The notes under the pieces were generated by a model. The model was not told where the DNA came from, made no database searches, and saw nothing but the letters and a program-made list of their open reading frames with translations. DNA of 64,000 bases from an uncultured Planctomycetales bacterium. Lineage in GTDB: Bacteria > Omnitrophota > Gorgyraeia > Zapsychrales > JANLHA01. The DNA lies in the NCBI GenBank assembly GCA_964474085.1, contig CAYYRJ010000004.1:11656-75655 (forward strand), written 5' to 3'. Positions 56,449 through 64,000 of the stretch are shown here, piece by piece (position 1 is the stretch's first letter; every line of letters begins with the position of its first letter). A program made the translations under genes and the position numbers.

Positions 56449-57641
56449 AATTAAAAATTTCTAATTACCTGGATATCGGCATCCTCTATTGCCTTTATGC
56501 TCTTATTTTTTTTATTCCTATTTCTATCGCCGGGATTAGCATATTTGCCGGTCTGGCTATTCTTTTATTTGTGATCCGGCAAATTATCACACCGGATTTT
56601 CAAAACATCCGAACAAACAAAACGTTCTTTCTGCTGCTTCTGGTTTTTTTCTTTTTTATGGCCTTATCATTATTCAACAGCGGTCCACTTCTAGGAAAAA
56701 GCCTCAAAGCCCTGTTTCTCAAATGGGGAAGATTTCCTCTGCTTTTGTGGGTCATGATCGACACCTTGCGCGATAGCCGGCGCATTATCAATGCCGTATG
56801 GATTTTTGCCCTTAGCTCGATGATATTAGCGCTGACATCTTTTTCACAAAAATTTTTAGGACACGAATTTATCTTTGGGCATCCTTTAAATCCCGGTGGC
56901 ATCATCACCGGATCGTTTAAAAATCAAAATGACTTGGCGGCGTATCTAACTGCTGTCATCCCGATGATTTTGGGCTTTGCCTTATGGAAAACCGGAAGAA
57001 AATTTACGCAAATCGGTCTTTTTATACTTAGTGCGCTATTGCTTTGCGTTTGTGCGATGACTCTCTGCCGGGGAGGCTGGCTAGGTCTTGCGGTAGGGCT
57101 CATCTCAATTGTTTTACTTATCTGCTCCCACCATTTATCCCAAAAAACATTTTGGCCGCTGGCCGTGTCAGGCTACCTTTTCTTTGTGCCGCTAACAGCA
57201 CTGGCCTTATTTTTCTTTCAGAGCCGCGGGGATAGTGCACGCTTAATGCTTTATGAAGGGGCCTGGAAAATGATCGTCGAAAATCCATTTCTGGGCAAGG
57301 GATTAGGGACTTATATGGACCATTGTGCAAACTACATCCATCAAATTGGCGTTTATTATGTCCATAATTGTTTTTTACAAATATGGGCGGAATCGGGAAT
57401 TTTTTCTTTATTGAGTTTTCTTGTGCTAAATGGGTACGTCATTTATAAAAACTTTAACCTAACTCTACGGATCCCGGCGTCATTGGAATCTTTTTTATTT
57501 ATCGGCTTAAATGCCGGATTATTAGGTTTTTTGGTCCACTGTTTTTTTGATACACAGCTTTATTCTTTGCAGTTAAGTTTTCTTTTTTGGATTACGATGG
57601 GATTAACACTTGCGCTTTATACAAACCTAAAGCAAGGTTAA
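56445..57641 (+). CDS. O-antigen ligase family (Wzy_C domain; WaaL/PglL/PilO-like) membrane protein
   Basis: Polytopic protein with a periplasmic loop carrying CRGGWLGLAVGL, the Wzy_C signature around the conserved Arg. Confidence 0.7.
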   Translation: MKLKISNYLDIGILYCLYALIFFIPISIAGISIFAGLAILLFVIRQIITPDFQNIRTNKTFFLLLLVFFFFMALSLFNSGPLLGKSLKALFLKWGRFPLLLWVMIDTLRDSRRIINAVWIFALSSMILALTSFSQKFLGHEFIFGHPLNPGGIITGSFKNQNDLAAYLTAVIPMILGFALWKTGRKFTQIGLFILSALLLCVCAMTLCRGGWLGLAVGLISIVLLICSHHLSQKTFWPLAVSGYLFFVPLTALALFFFQSRGDSARLMLYEGAWKMIVENPFLGKGLGTYMDHCANYIHQIGVYYVHNCFLQIWAESGIFSLLSFLVLNGYVIYKNFNLTLRIPASLESFLFIGLNAGLLGFLVHCFFDTQLYSLQLSFLFWITMGLTLALYTNLKQG

Positions 57642-57646
57642 AGCGT

Positions 57647-57675
57647 TTGACAACGCTAAGGCTCACAGCTATAAT
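57647..57675 (+). promoter_or_regulatory. Consensus sigma-70 promoter upstream of recA (TTGACA-17-TATAAT)
   Basis: -35 TTGACA at 57647-57652, 17-nt spacer, -10 TATAAT at 57670-57675; read directly. Confidence 0.6.
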
Positions 57676-57817
57676 TTTTCGTCAGTTAAAAAACAAAAAG
57701 AATTCCCCACCCCGATAACCCTTGTAAAGCGAAAAAGTTTCACTTTTATCTACGCCCAAGGCCCCTTAAAGGTGTGGTTGTTATATTTTCGTAATTTAAA
57801 TTACATCGGAGGTTGCA

Positions 57818-58861
57818 ATGACTGAAGTCAAAACAGAAACAAAAGCAATGGAAGCAAAAAAAGCGGCTGATCTCGAAAACAAACACAAAGCGCTCGAACT
57901 GGCCTTAACGCAAATCGAAAAACAATTTGGCAAAGGCTCGATCATGAAAATGGACGAAGCCACGTGCCTGGACATTCCAGCGATTCCAACGGGTTCGTTG
58001 GCTATTGACGTTGCTTTAGGCATTGGCGGCATTCCCCGCGGACGGGTCGTTGAGATTTACGGACCCGAATCGTCCGGAAAAACAACGCTGACGTTAAGCA
58101 TTATCAATCAAGTCCAAAAATTAGGCGGGGTGGCCGCATTTATCGACGCCGAACACGCGTTTGACGCCAGTTATGCCAAAACCGTCGGCGTCAAGTTGGA
58201 AGACCTGCTGATTTCCCAACCTGACACCGGCGAACAAGCTTTGGAAATTGCCGAAACCCTCGTGCGTTCCAACGCGATTGATTTGGTTGTCATCGACTCG
58301 GTCGCGGCTTTAACGCCTCGCGCCGAAATCGAAGGGGAGATGGGCGATTCGCACATGGGTTTGCAAGCGCGTCTTATGTCGCAAGCGCTTCGTAAACTCA
58401 CCGCCGCAATTAATAAGAGTAAGACCTGTGTTATTTTTATCAATCAAATCCGTATGAAAATTGGCGTTATGTTCGGCAATCCGGAAACCACAACCGGCGG
58501 CAACGCGCTCAAATTTTATGCCTCCGTTCGTATTGACTTGCGACGCATCGAGTCGCTCAAACGCGGAGATGAAGTCATCGGCAACCGCATTCGTGCGAAG
58601 ATCGTCAAAAACAAAGTCGCCGCACCGTTTCGCGACGGAGAATTTGAAATCCTTTTTACCGAAGGGATATCAAGGCTCAGCGATATTATCGACATGGGCG
58701 TTAAGTCCGAGATCATTCAAAAAGCCGGCGCTTGGTTTTCTTTTGAAAACGAAAAAATCGGGCAAGGCCGCGACAGCGCGCGCAAGTTTCTCGAAGAAAA
58801 CCCCAAGATCACGAACAAAATCGAAAAAGCGATTATCGAAAAACTGCTTATCAAACGTTAA
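57818..58861 (+). CDS. recA: Recombinase RecA
   Basis: [21 protein letters not shown], Walker [10 protein letters not shown] and the L1/L2 loops are near-identical to canonical RecA. RBS ggagg. Confidence 0.97.
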   Translation: MTEVKTETKAMEAKKAADLENKHKALELALTQIEKQFGKGSIMKMDEATCLDIPAIPTGSLAIDVALGIGGIPRGRVVEIYGPESSGKTTLTLSIINQVQKLGGVAAFIDAEHAFDASYAKTVGVKLEDLLISQPDTGEQALEIAETLVRSNAIDLVVIDSVAALTPRAEIEGEMGDSHMGLQARLMSQALRKLTAAINKSKTCVIFINQIRMKIGVMFGNPETTTGGNALKFYASVRIDLRRIESLKRGDEVIGNRIRAKIVKNKVAAPFRDGEFEILFTEGISRLSDIIDMGVKSEIIQKAGAWFSFENEKIGQGRDSARKFLEENPKITNKIEKAIIEKLLIKR

Positions 58862-58867
58862 AAAACT

Positions 58868-60289
58868 ATGAAACGATTGTTTCTGTTTCTTTTTATTCTG
58901 TCTCATGCTTGGGCAACAAATCTTTACGCTGACGAACCTAACCTGGTTACGGCCGTCAGCGACGTTGCCCAAAAAACCGGACCAGCCGTGGTCGCCATCA
59001 AAACAGAAAAGATCAAGCACTATAGGATAAAATCCAACTATTTCGGCAATCCTTATGATGACGCTATCATGAACCATTTTTTTGAAGACTTTTTTGGAAC
59101 AACACCGAATTACGAAGAAAAGTCGTTAGGGATTGGTTCGGGCGTCATTGTCGACGGACGCGGCTATATTTTGACTAATGACCATGTGGTCGACGGGGCC
59201 GACAAAATCACAGTGACTCTGCCAGATGGCCGAAAGTTTGACGGAGAGTTGACGGGCATCGATGTGCGCAGCGACCTGGCCGTCATCAAAATCACCGCAG
59301 ATAATCTTCCTGTGGCAAGTTTAGGAAATTCAGAAAACCTTAAAATCGGCCAATGGGTCGTGGCCATCGGTAACCCGTTTGGCAATATTTTAGACGATCC
59401 GCAACCGACAGTGACTTCCGGCGTTATCAGCGCTTTGCACCGGAGTCTGCCGCAAACGTCCCGTCGGGATTCGGACTATTCGGATCTGATCCAAACGGAT
59501 GCCGCCATCAACCCCGGCAATTCAGGCGGGCCGCTGGTTAATTTAAACGGGGAAGTGATCGGCATTAATGTCGCGATCTTTTCGACCTCCGGCGGCTATC
59601 AGGGAGTTGGCTTTGCGATTCCGGTCAATTACGCGAAAGCGATTGTTGACCAGCTGACACAAGGCAAAAAAATCGAATACGGCTGGATCGGCATCGGGAT
59701 TCAGGATATCGATGAGCGTTTGGCGCAATACTTTGCCTTGTCCAGCGATGAAGGTGTTCTGGTTACAAAAGTTCTCTTAGACGCGCCGGCCGACAAAGCC
59801 GGAATTAAGGAAGGCGATATTATCCTTTCGGCTAACCGGATTAAAATCCGTAATTCGTCAGCACTTGTCAAACAGATCAGCAATGCAACAATTGGCAAGC
59901 CGATCGTTTTACAAATCTCGCGCGATCAAAAAAGTTTGGAAATCCCTGTCACCGTCGGGAAAAACGAGTCAGCAAACACGCCTACACCTTTAGCCGCTGA
60001 GCCTGCAGCTAAAAGACACAGCGTTAAATCCTGGCGCGGCTTAAACGTTGACGAAATAACGTCGACGACTGCCGAAAAACTGCGCTTGGCCAATACCAAT
60101 GGGGTTGTCATTACCGAAGTTGCGCCAGCGAGTCCTGCCCAATTAAGCGGTTTGGAAAAAAATGACGTGATTATCAGCATCAACAAACAGGTGATTCGCA
60201 ATTTAGAGGATTATTATCAGGCAGTTGCCGCAGCCCAAGGCAGTTGTTTGGTGCGAACTGTCCGAGGATTTTTTGTCCTCGAACCCTGA
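58868..60289 (+). CDS. htrA: Periplasmic serine endoprotease DegP/HtrA family (trypsin domain + 2 PDZ)
   Basis: Signal peptide, catalytic triad context (TNDHVV, DLAVIK, GNSGGPL), and two PDZ domains. Confidence 0.9.
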   Translation: MKRLFLFLFILSHAWATNLYADEPNLVTAVSDVAQKTGPAVVAIKTEKIKHYRIKSNYFGNPYDDAIMNHFFEDFFGTTPNYEEKSLGIGSGVIVDGRGYILTNDHVVDGADKITVTLPDGRKFDGELTGIDVRSDLAVIKITADNLPVASLGNSENLKIGQWVVAIGNPFGNILDDPQPTVTSGVISALHRSLPQTSRRDSDYSDLIQTDAAINPGNSGGPLVNLNGEVIGINVAIFSTSGGYQGVGFAIPVNYAKAIVDQLTQGKKIEYGWIGIGIQDIDERLAQYFALSSDEGVLVTKVLLDAPADKAGIKEGDIILSANRIKIRNSSALVKQISNATIGKPIVLQISRDQKSLEIPVTVGKNESANTPTPLAAEPAAKRHSVKSWRGLNVDEITSTTAEKLRLANTNGVVITEVAPASPAQLSGLEKNDVIISINKQVIRNLEDYYQAVAAAQGSCLVRTVRGFFVLEP

Positions 60290-60290
60290 C

Positions 60291-60767
60291 ATGGCTAAGA
60301 GAGAAGAACAGGACGTTTTATTTTCAAAAGCTAAAGCGATTGTTTACCGATTTTTTAAGTTTCGTATCCGCAGTGAACAAGAAATAATCACTAAACTTAA
60401 AGACAAAGCTTTTGATAATGCTATTATTGAGCCAGTTATTGCGTTTTTTAAAAAAGCTGGGCTGATCGACGATGCAGTTTTTGCCAAGGCTTGGATTGTT
60501 TCGCGCCTGGCTAAACCAATCGGCGTCAGACGTATCCGGCAGGAATTAAAAGAAAAAGGGGTTGCCGACGAAATTGTCAGCGAACAAGTCGCAAAACTTA
60601 CAAATGATTACGACGAGTTTGAAGCCGCGCAAAAAATTTCACAAAAGCGGATGAAAATTTATCAAAAACTCGATGAGACAACACAACAAAGACGACTAGA
60701 AGGCTATTTACTGCGTCGGGGATTTTCGACGGGAACAGTTTATAGAGTATCGAAATCTATCACTTGA
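60291..60767 (+). CDS. recX: Recombination regulator RecX
   Basis: About 159 aa, three-helix-repeat RecX family (LKDKAFDNAIIEPVIAFFKKAGLIDDAVFAKAWI). ATG 2 nt after the htrA stop. Confidence 0.7.
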   Translation: MAKREEQDVLFSKAKAIVYRFFKFRIRSEQEIITKLKDKAFDNAIIEPVIAFFKKAGLIDDAVFAKAWIVSRLAKPIGVRRIRQELKEKGVADEIVSEQVAKLTNDYDEFEAAQKISQKRMKIYQKLDETTQQRRLEGYLLRRGFSTGTVYRVSKSIT

Positions 60768-60781
60768 TTTTCTGTAAATTT

Positions 60782-60901
60782 GGCAGGGATGATTTGATGT
60801 CCTCTACGAGTTTGGCGAGCCCCAGCCGTGCTCACACCACACAATATTAAGTTTTGGGGCGAGACACTGTTTGAGTAGAGGATCGTCAAAACATCCCTGC
60901 C
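60782..60901 (+). promoter_or_regulatory. Long inverted repeat / structured leader upstream of alaS (26-bp stem, 1 mismatch + 1 bulge, enclosing about 67 nt with an inner GCCCCA/TGGGGC hairpin)
   Basis: Left arm 60782-60807 GGCAGGGATGATTTGATGTCCTCTAC pairs with right arm 60875-60901 GTAGAGGATCGTCAAAACATCCCTGCC. The ATG of alaS is 30 nt downstream. Confidence 0.5.
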
Positions 60902-60930
60902 AATCATGAATAATTAAAGAGAAAACGGAT

Positions 60931-63537
60931 ATGCTAACCGCAAACGACATACGAAAAAGTTTTTTAGAATTTTTTAAATCCAAACAACACTCAGTCATCG
61001 CCAGCGATTCTTTGGTGCCCAAAGATGATCCGACAGTCTTGTTTACCACCGCCGGCATGCAGCAGTTTAAACGCCAATTCTTAGGCCACATCGACGGCTT
61101 TACGCGCGCGACAACGTCCCAAAAATGCCTGCGTACCGACGATCTAGACCAAGTCGGCGTCACCGCGTTTCACCACACGATGTTTGAAATGCTCGGCAAT
61201 TTTTCTTTTGGCGACTACTTTAAAAAAGAAGCAATCGAGTGGGCATGGGAATTTTTGACCCAAGTGCTTAAAATTCCACCCCAAAAACTTTGGGTTTCTA
61301 TTTATCATGAGGACAGCGAAGCGCAAAAAATTTGGCTTGAACACATCAAAATCCCGGCCAACAGGCTTGTCAAACTCGGCGACAAAAGCAACTTTTGGCC
61401 GTCAAACGCCAAACTTAACGGCCCCAACGGTCCTTGCGGCCCGTGCTCTGAAATTTTCTTTGACTATGGGGTCAATCCCAATTGCGACAAAGGGAAAAAA
61501 TGCGATCCGGATTGCAGCTGCGGTCGCTTTAGCGAAGTCTGGAATCTGGTTTTTACCCAATATAACCGCAAGGACGGCGGCGTCTTGGAACCTTTGCCCA
61601 ACAAAAACATTGATACCGGTATGGGGCTCGAGCGCTTGGTTGCGGTCATTCAAGGCAAAAAAACCAACTACGACACGGATCTTTTTATGCCGATTCGCTT
61701 ACGAATCCGCAAAGACATTAGCTCAGAGACGATCAAGTTGTCTTTGAAAGATGAGCTTGTCATCGCAGACCATATCCGCGCGATTGTTTTTGCGATTTCC
61801 GACGGGGTCATCCCATCAAACAAAGAGCGAGGCAGTGTAGTCAAACGGCTTATCAATGACAGCACCAATCTTGTTTTAAGCGCCGGGGGGTTGACGCCCA
61901 GCATATACAAGCTTGTGCCCGCGGTCATCGAAGTTTTTAAAACGCAATATCCTGAAATTGTGCCCAAAGAAAACGACTTGATGCGGCTGATCGAAAAAAC
62001 CGAAGAAGCGTTTATTGCGGTGCGGACACAGCGACTGCCGGAATTTACCATTGAGATCCAAAAAGCGACGAACGCAACCGATCGCGGAGAAATCTATTTT
62101 CGGTTTCATGACACGTACGGCTTGCCTTTGTCGACAATTATTTCGACAGCCCTATTGGTTGGCGTTTCCAGCGATGAGAACAAACAGGCACTGGACGTTT
62201 ATCATCAACTGATGAAACAACAGCAGTCCCGTGCGCGCGCCGCCAGCAAAATGATGGGAGATGTTTTTGTCGATACCGACTTGCGTTTGGATGTGGCCAA
62301 AACCGACTTTATCGGGTACACACATTTAAGCGGCAAAGCCAAAGCGCTCAAAATTTTTATTGATCATAAAGAAGTCCTTGAAGCCAGCGCCGGGGATACC
62401 GTCGAAGTTGTTTTGGACAAAACGCCGTTTTATGCGCAGGCCGGCGGACAGATCGGGGACAGCGGATTTTTGTTAACCGGAACTGCTAAAATTCGTATTG
62501 AGGACACACAAAAGCGCAATGACGTTTACTTGCATAGCGGAAAAGTTGTGGAGGGCTTGGTCCGTGTTGGCGATCCTATTCATGCTGAAGTGGATGAAAC
62601 ACGGAGGCTTTCTATCATGCGAAATCATACGGCGACCCATCTTTTGCAATCGGCTCTGCGAAAAGTTTTAGGCACCCACGTCCAGCAACAGGGATCGCTG
62701 GTCGCGGAGGACCGCTTGCGTTTTGACTTTACGCATCCGGGAAGCTTAAGCGCCGACCAAAAGACGCAAATCGAAAATTTTGTTAACGCCTCAATCAAAG
62801 CGCATGACCACGTCGAAAAAAAGGAAATGGACATCGAAGAAGCTAAAAAACTGGGCGCTTTGTCCTTTTTTGCCGAAAAATACGGCTCGCGCGTGCGGGT
62901 CATTTCAATTGGGAATTTTTCAAAGGAATTTTGCGGCGGCACGCACTTGGATTCAACGGCCCAAATCGAAAAGTTCCGATTAACCAGCGAAGGCGCGGTC
63001 GCGCAGGGGATACGGCGCATTGAAGCAAAAACCGCAAATTTTGCGACACGTTTTGAAGAGGAACAAAAACAGCTCGAGCTTGAAAAACAACAGCGTGAAG
63101 AAGAAAAGCTCAAGCAAAAACAAGAGGCCCAAGAACTCGAAAAACAAAAATTTGAAGCCTTTGTCAAAAACGATCTCGACGGGCTTTTGGCAAAAGCGCA
63201 GGGCAAGGCGGGAACAAAACTGATTATCCAAAAGTTTCCGAATACTTCGATCGAGTTTTTGAGAAAAGTTTCAGATTTTTTAAAAACACATCCGCAGTTG
63301 GAATCAGCTGTCTTGATCTTGGCCAACGATTCGCCTGATCAGGCCAATATCTTAATTGCGGTTTCATCTGATCTTGTCAGTCGAGTCAATGCCAACGAAA
63401 TCATTAAACAAATTGCACCCATTTTTAACGGCAATGGCGGCGGGCGTCCGGATCTGGCGCAAGCCGGAAGCAAAGAAAACAAAAATTTAAATCAAGCGAT
63501 CGAAAAAGCCAGGGAAATCATTTTAGCGAAATTGTAA
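60931..63537 (+). CDS. alaS: Alanine--tRNA ligase
   Basis: N-terminus MLTANDIRKSFLEFFKSKQHSVIASDSLVP..TTAGMQQFK, class II motifs, editing-domain HxxxH...CGGTH motif, and a C-terminal DHHA1 domain. Confidence 0.97.
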   Translation: MLTANDIRKSFLEFFKSKQHSVIASDSLVPKDDPTVLFTTAGMQQFKRQFLGHIDGFTRATTSQKCLRTDDLDQVGVTAFHHTMFEMLGNFSFGDYFKKEAIEWAWEFLTQVLKIPPQKLWVSIYHEDSEAQKIWLEHIKIPANRLVKLGDKSNFWPSNAKLNGPNGPCGPCSEIFFDYGVNPNCDKGKKCDPDCSCGRFSEVWNLVFTQYNRKDGGVLEPLPNKNIDTGMGLERLVAVIQGKKTNYDTDLFMPIRLRIRKDISSETIKLSLKDELVIADHIRAIVFAISDGVIPSNKERGSVVKRLINDSTNLVLSAGGLTPSIYKLVPAVIEVFKTQYPEIVPKENDLMRLIEKTEEAFIAVRTQRLPEFTIEIQKATNATDRGEIYFRFHDTYGLPLSTIISTALLVGVSSDENKQALDVYHQLMKQQQSRARAASKMMGDVFVDTDLRLDVAKTDFIGYTHLSGKAKALKIFIDHKEVLEASAGDTVEVVLDKTPFYAQAGGQIGDSGFLLTGTAKIRIEDTQKRNDVYLHSGKVVEGLVRVGDPIHAEVDETRRLSIMRNHTATHLLQSALRKVLGTHVQQQGSLVAEDRLRFDFTHPGSLSADQKTQIENFVNASIKAHDHVEKKEMDIEEAKKLGALSFFAEKYGSRVRVISIGNFSKEFCGGTHLDSTAQIEKFRLTSEGAVAQGIRRIEAKTANFATRFEEEQKQLELEKQQREEEKLKQKQEAQELEKQKFEAFVKNDLDGLLAKAQGKAGTKLIIQKFPNTSIEFLRKVSDFLKTHPQLESAVLILANDSPDQANILIAVSSDLVSRVNANEIIKQIAPIFNGNGGGRPDLAQAGSKENKNLNQAIEKAREIILAKL

Positions 63538-63541
63538 AACT

Positions 63542-64000
63542 ATGAAAATCATCCAACAAAACGGCCAAAGCGCACAGAACCTTTACAACCGCTACACGAC
63601 CAATCACAAGCGTCACGTCGAGGAAAAGGTGCGAAAAATCATTGAAGACGTCAAGATTAACGGGGATGCGGCGCTCGTGCGCTACACGCGCAAGTTTGAC
63701 CACGCCCAACTGGAAGCCAAGGATATTAAAGTCCCTGAAAGTGAAATCAGCGGCGCTTTCCAAAACATTACCAGTGACTTTGTCGCCAACTTAAAGCAGA
63801 TCATCAACAACGTGACCGGCTTTTATAAAAAGCAATTGCCCAAGCCCTGCCGCGTCAAGGAAGCGGAAGGAATTTTGCTTACCGAAAACATTTGGCCTTT
63901 AGACTCGGTGGGAATTTATATTCCGGCCGGCAGCGCGCCTTTGGTTTCGACGGTTTATATGACCGTCATTCCCGCCAAGGTCGCCGGCGTCAAACGGATC
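63542..64000 (+). CDS. hisD: Histidinol dehydrogenase, N-terminal part (3' end outside window)
   Basis: GDAALVRYTRKFD and YIPAGSAPLVSTVYMTVIPAKVAGV match the HisD N-terminus. The ORF is open to the window end. Confidence 0.8.
   Translation, partial: MKIIQQNGQSAQNLYNRYTTNHKRHVEEKVRKIIEDVKINGDAALVRYTRKFDHAQLEAKDIKVPESEISGAFQNITSDFVANLKQIINNVTGFYKKQLPKPCRVKEAEGILLTENIWPLDSVGIYIPAGSAPLVSTVYMTVIPAKVAGVKRI

Noticed and set aside
57676-57817. LexA/SOS box upstream of recA
   Set aside because: No CTGT-N8-ACAG or GAAC-N4-GTTC palindrome is present.
60782-60930. T-box riboswitch upstream of alaS
   Set aside because: No T-box consensus (AATTAGGGTGGNACCGCG-like), specifier-loop or antiterminator/terminator pair is recognisable. 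The structure is a simple long inverted repeat.
1-64000. CRISPR arrays, IS elements, integrases, prophage or toxin-antitoxin modules
   Set aside because: No short regularly spaced repeats and no transposase, integrase, recombinase, phage structural or TA-like ORFs are visible on either strand. The region is a dense biosynthetic operon array.

Overview
Nearly the whole 64-kb window is a unidirectional (+ strand) cell-envelope locus of a Gram-negative-type bacterium. It runs: 3' end of a PilQ-like secretin, PilB assembly ATPase, PilC platform protein, a GT-C/TPR membrane protein, two near-identical tandem major pilin genes each followed by the same hairpin element, a third pilin with an S/T/P-rich Cys-containing tail, and two minor pilins. 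Next comes an inverted (- strand) pair: a second TMTC/PMT-like GT-C/TPR protein and a polytopic membrane protein with an ICMT/PEMT-type methyltransferase domain. These are followed by a HlyD-like protein with a cellulose-synthase-like GT2 carrying a C-terminal PilZ domain, a tRNA-Ala(CGC) with a consensus promoter, rsmE, a GT39/TPR protein and galE. After that lies a ~39-kb glycan super-island (18.9-57.6 kb): Wzz, Wzm/Wzt ABC exporter, and a Kdn/nonulosonic-acid module (HAD phosphatase, NeuB-like synthase, NeuA-like cytidylyltransferase, CstII-like GT42 transferase). It also holds many GT2, GT4 and GT11 enzymes, acetyltransferases, five methyltransferases including a sugar C-methyltransferase, an N-formyltransferase, FdtA/WxcM cupins, a DegT aminotransferase, Gmd plus a Gmm Nudix hydrolase, a CE4 deacetylase, two ArnT/PMT-like GT-C enzymes next to two DPM1-like polyprenyl-phosphate sugar synthases, a Wzy-like protein, an epimerase-phosphoglycosyltransferase fusion, WbpM/PglF, and a terminal WaaL/PglL-like ligase. 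The window ends with recA (perfect sigma-70 promoter), htrA inserted before recX, alaS preceded by a 26-bp-stem inverted repeat, and the 5' end of hisD. I found no CRISPR array, IS element, integrase or prophage. The most interesting hypothesis is a protein (pilin) O-glycosylation system: S/T-rich pilins flanked by GT-C/TPR enzymes, coupled to the large lipid-linked glycan island and an O-oligosaccharyltransferase-like ligase. All functional calls come from motif recognition by eye; no database searches were run.
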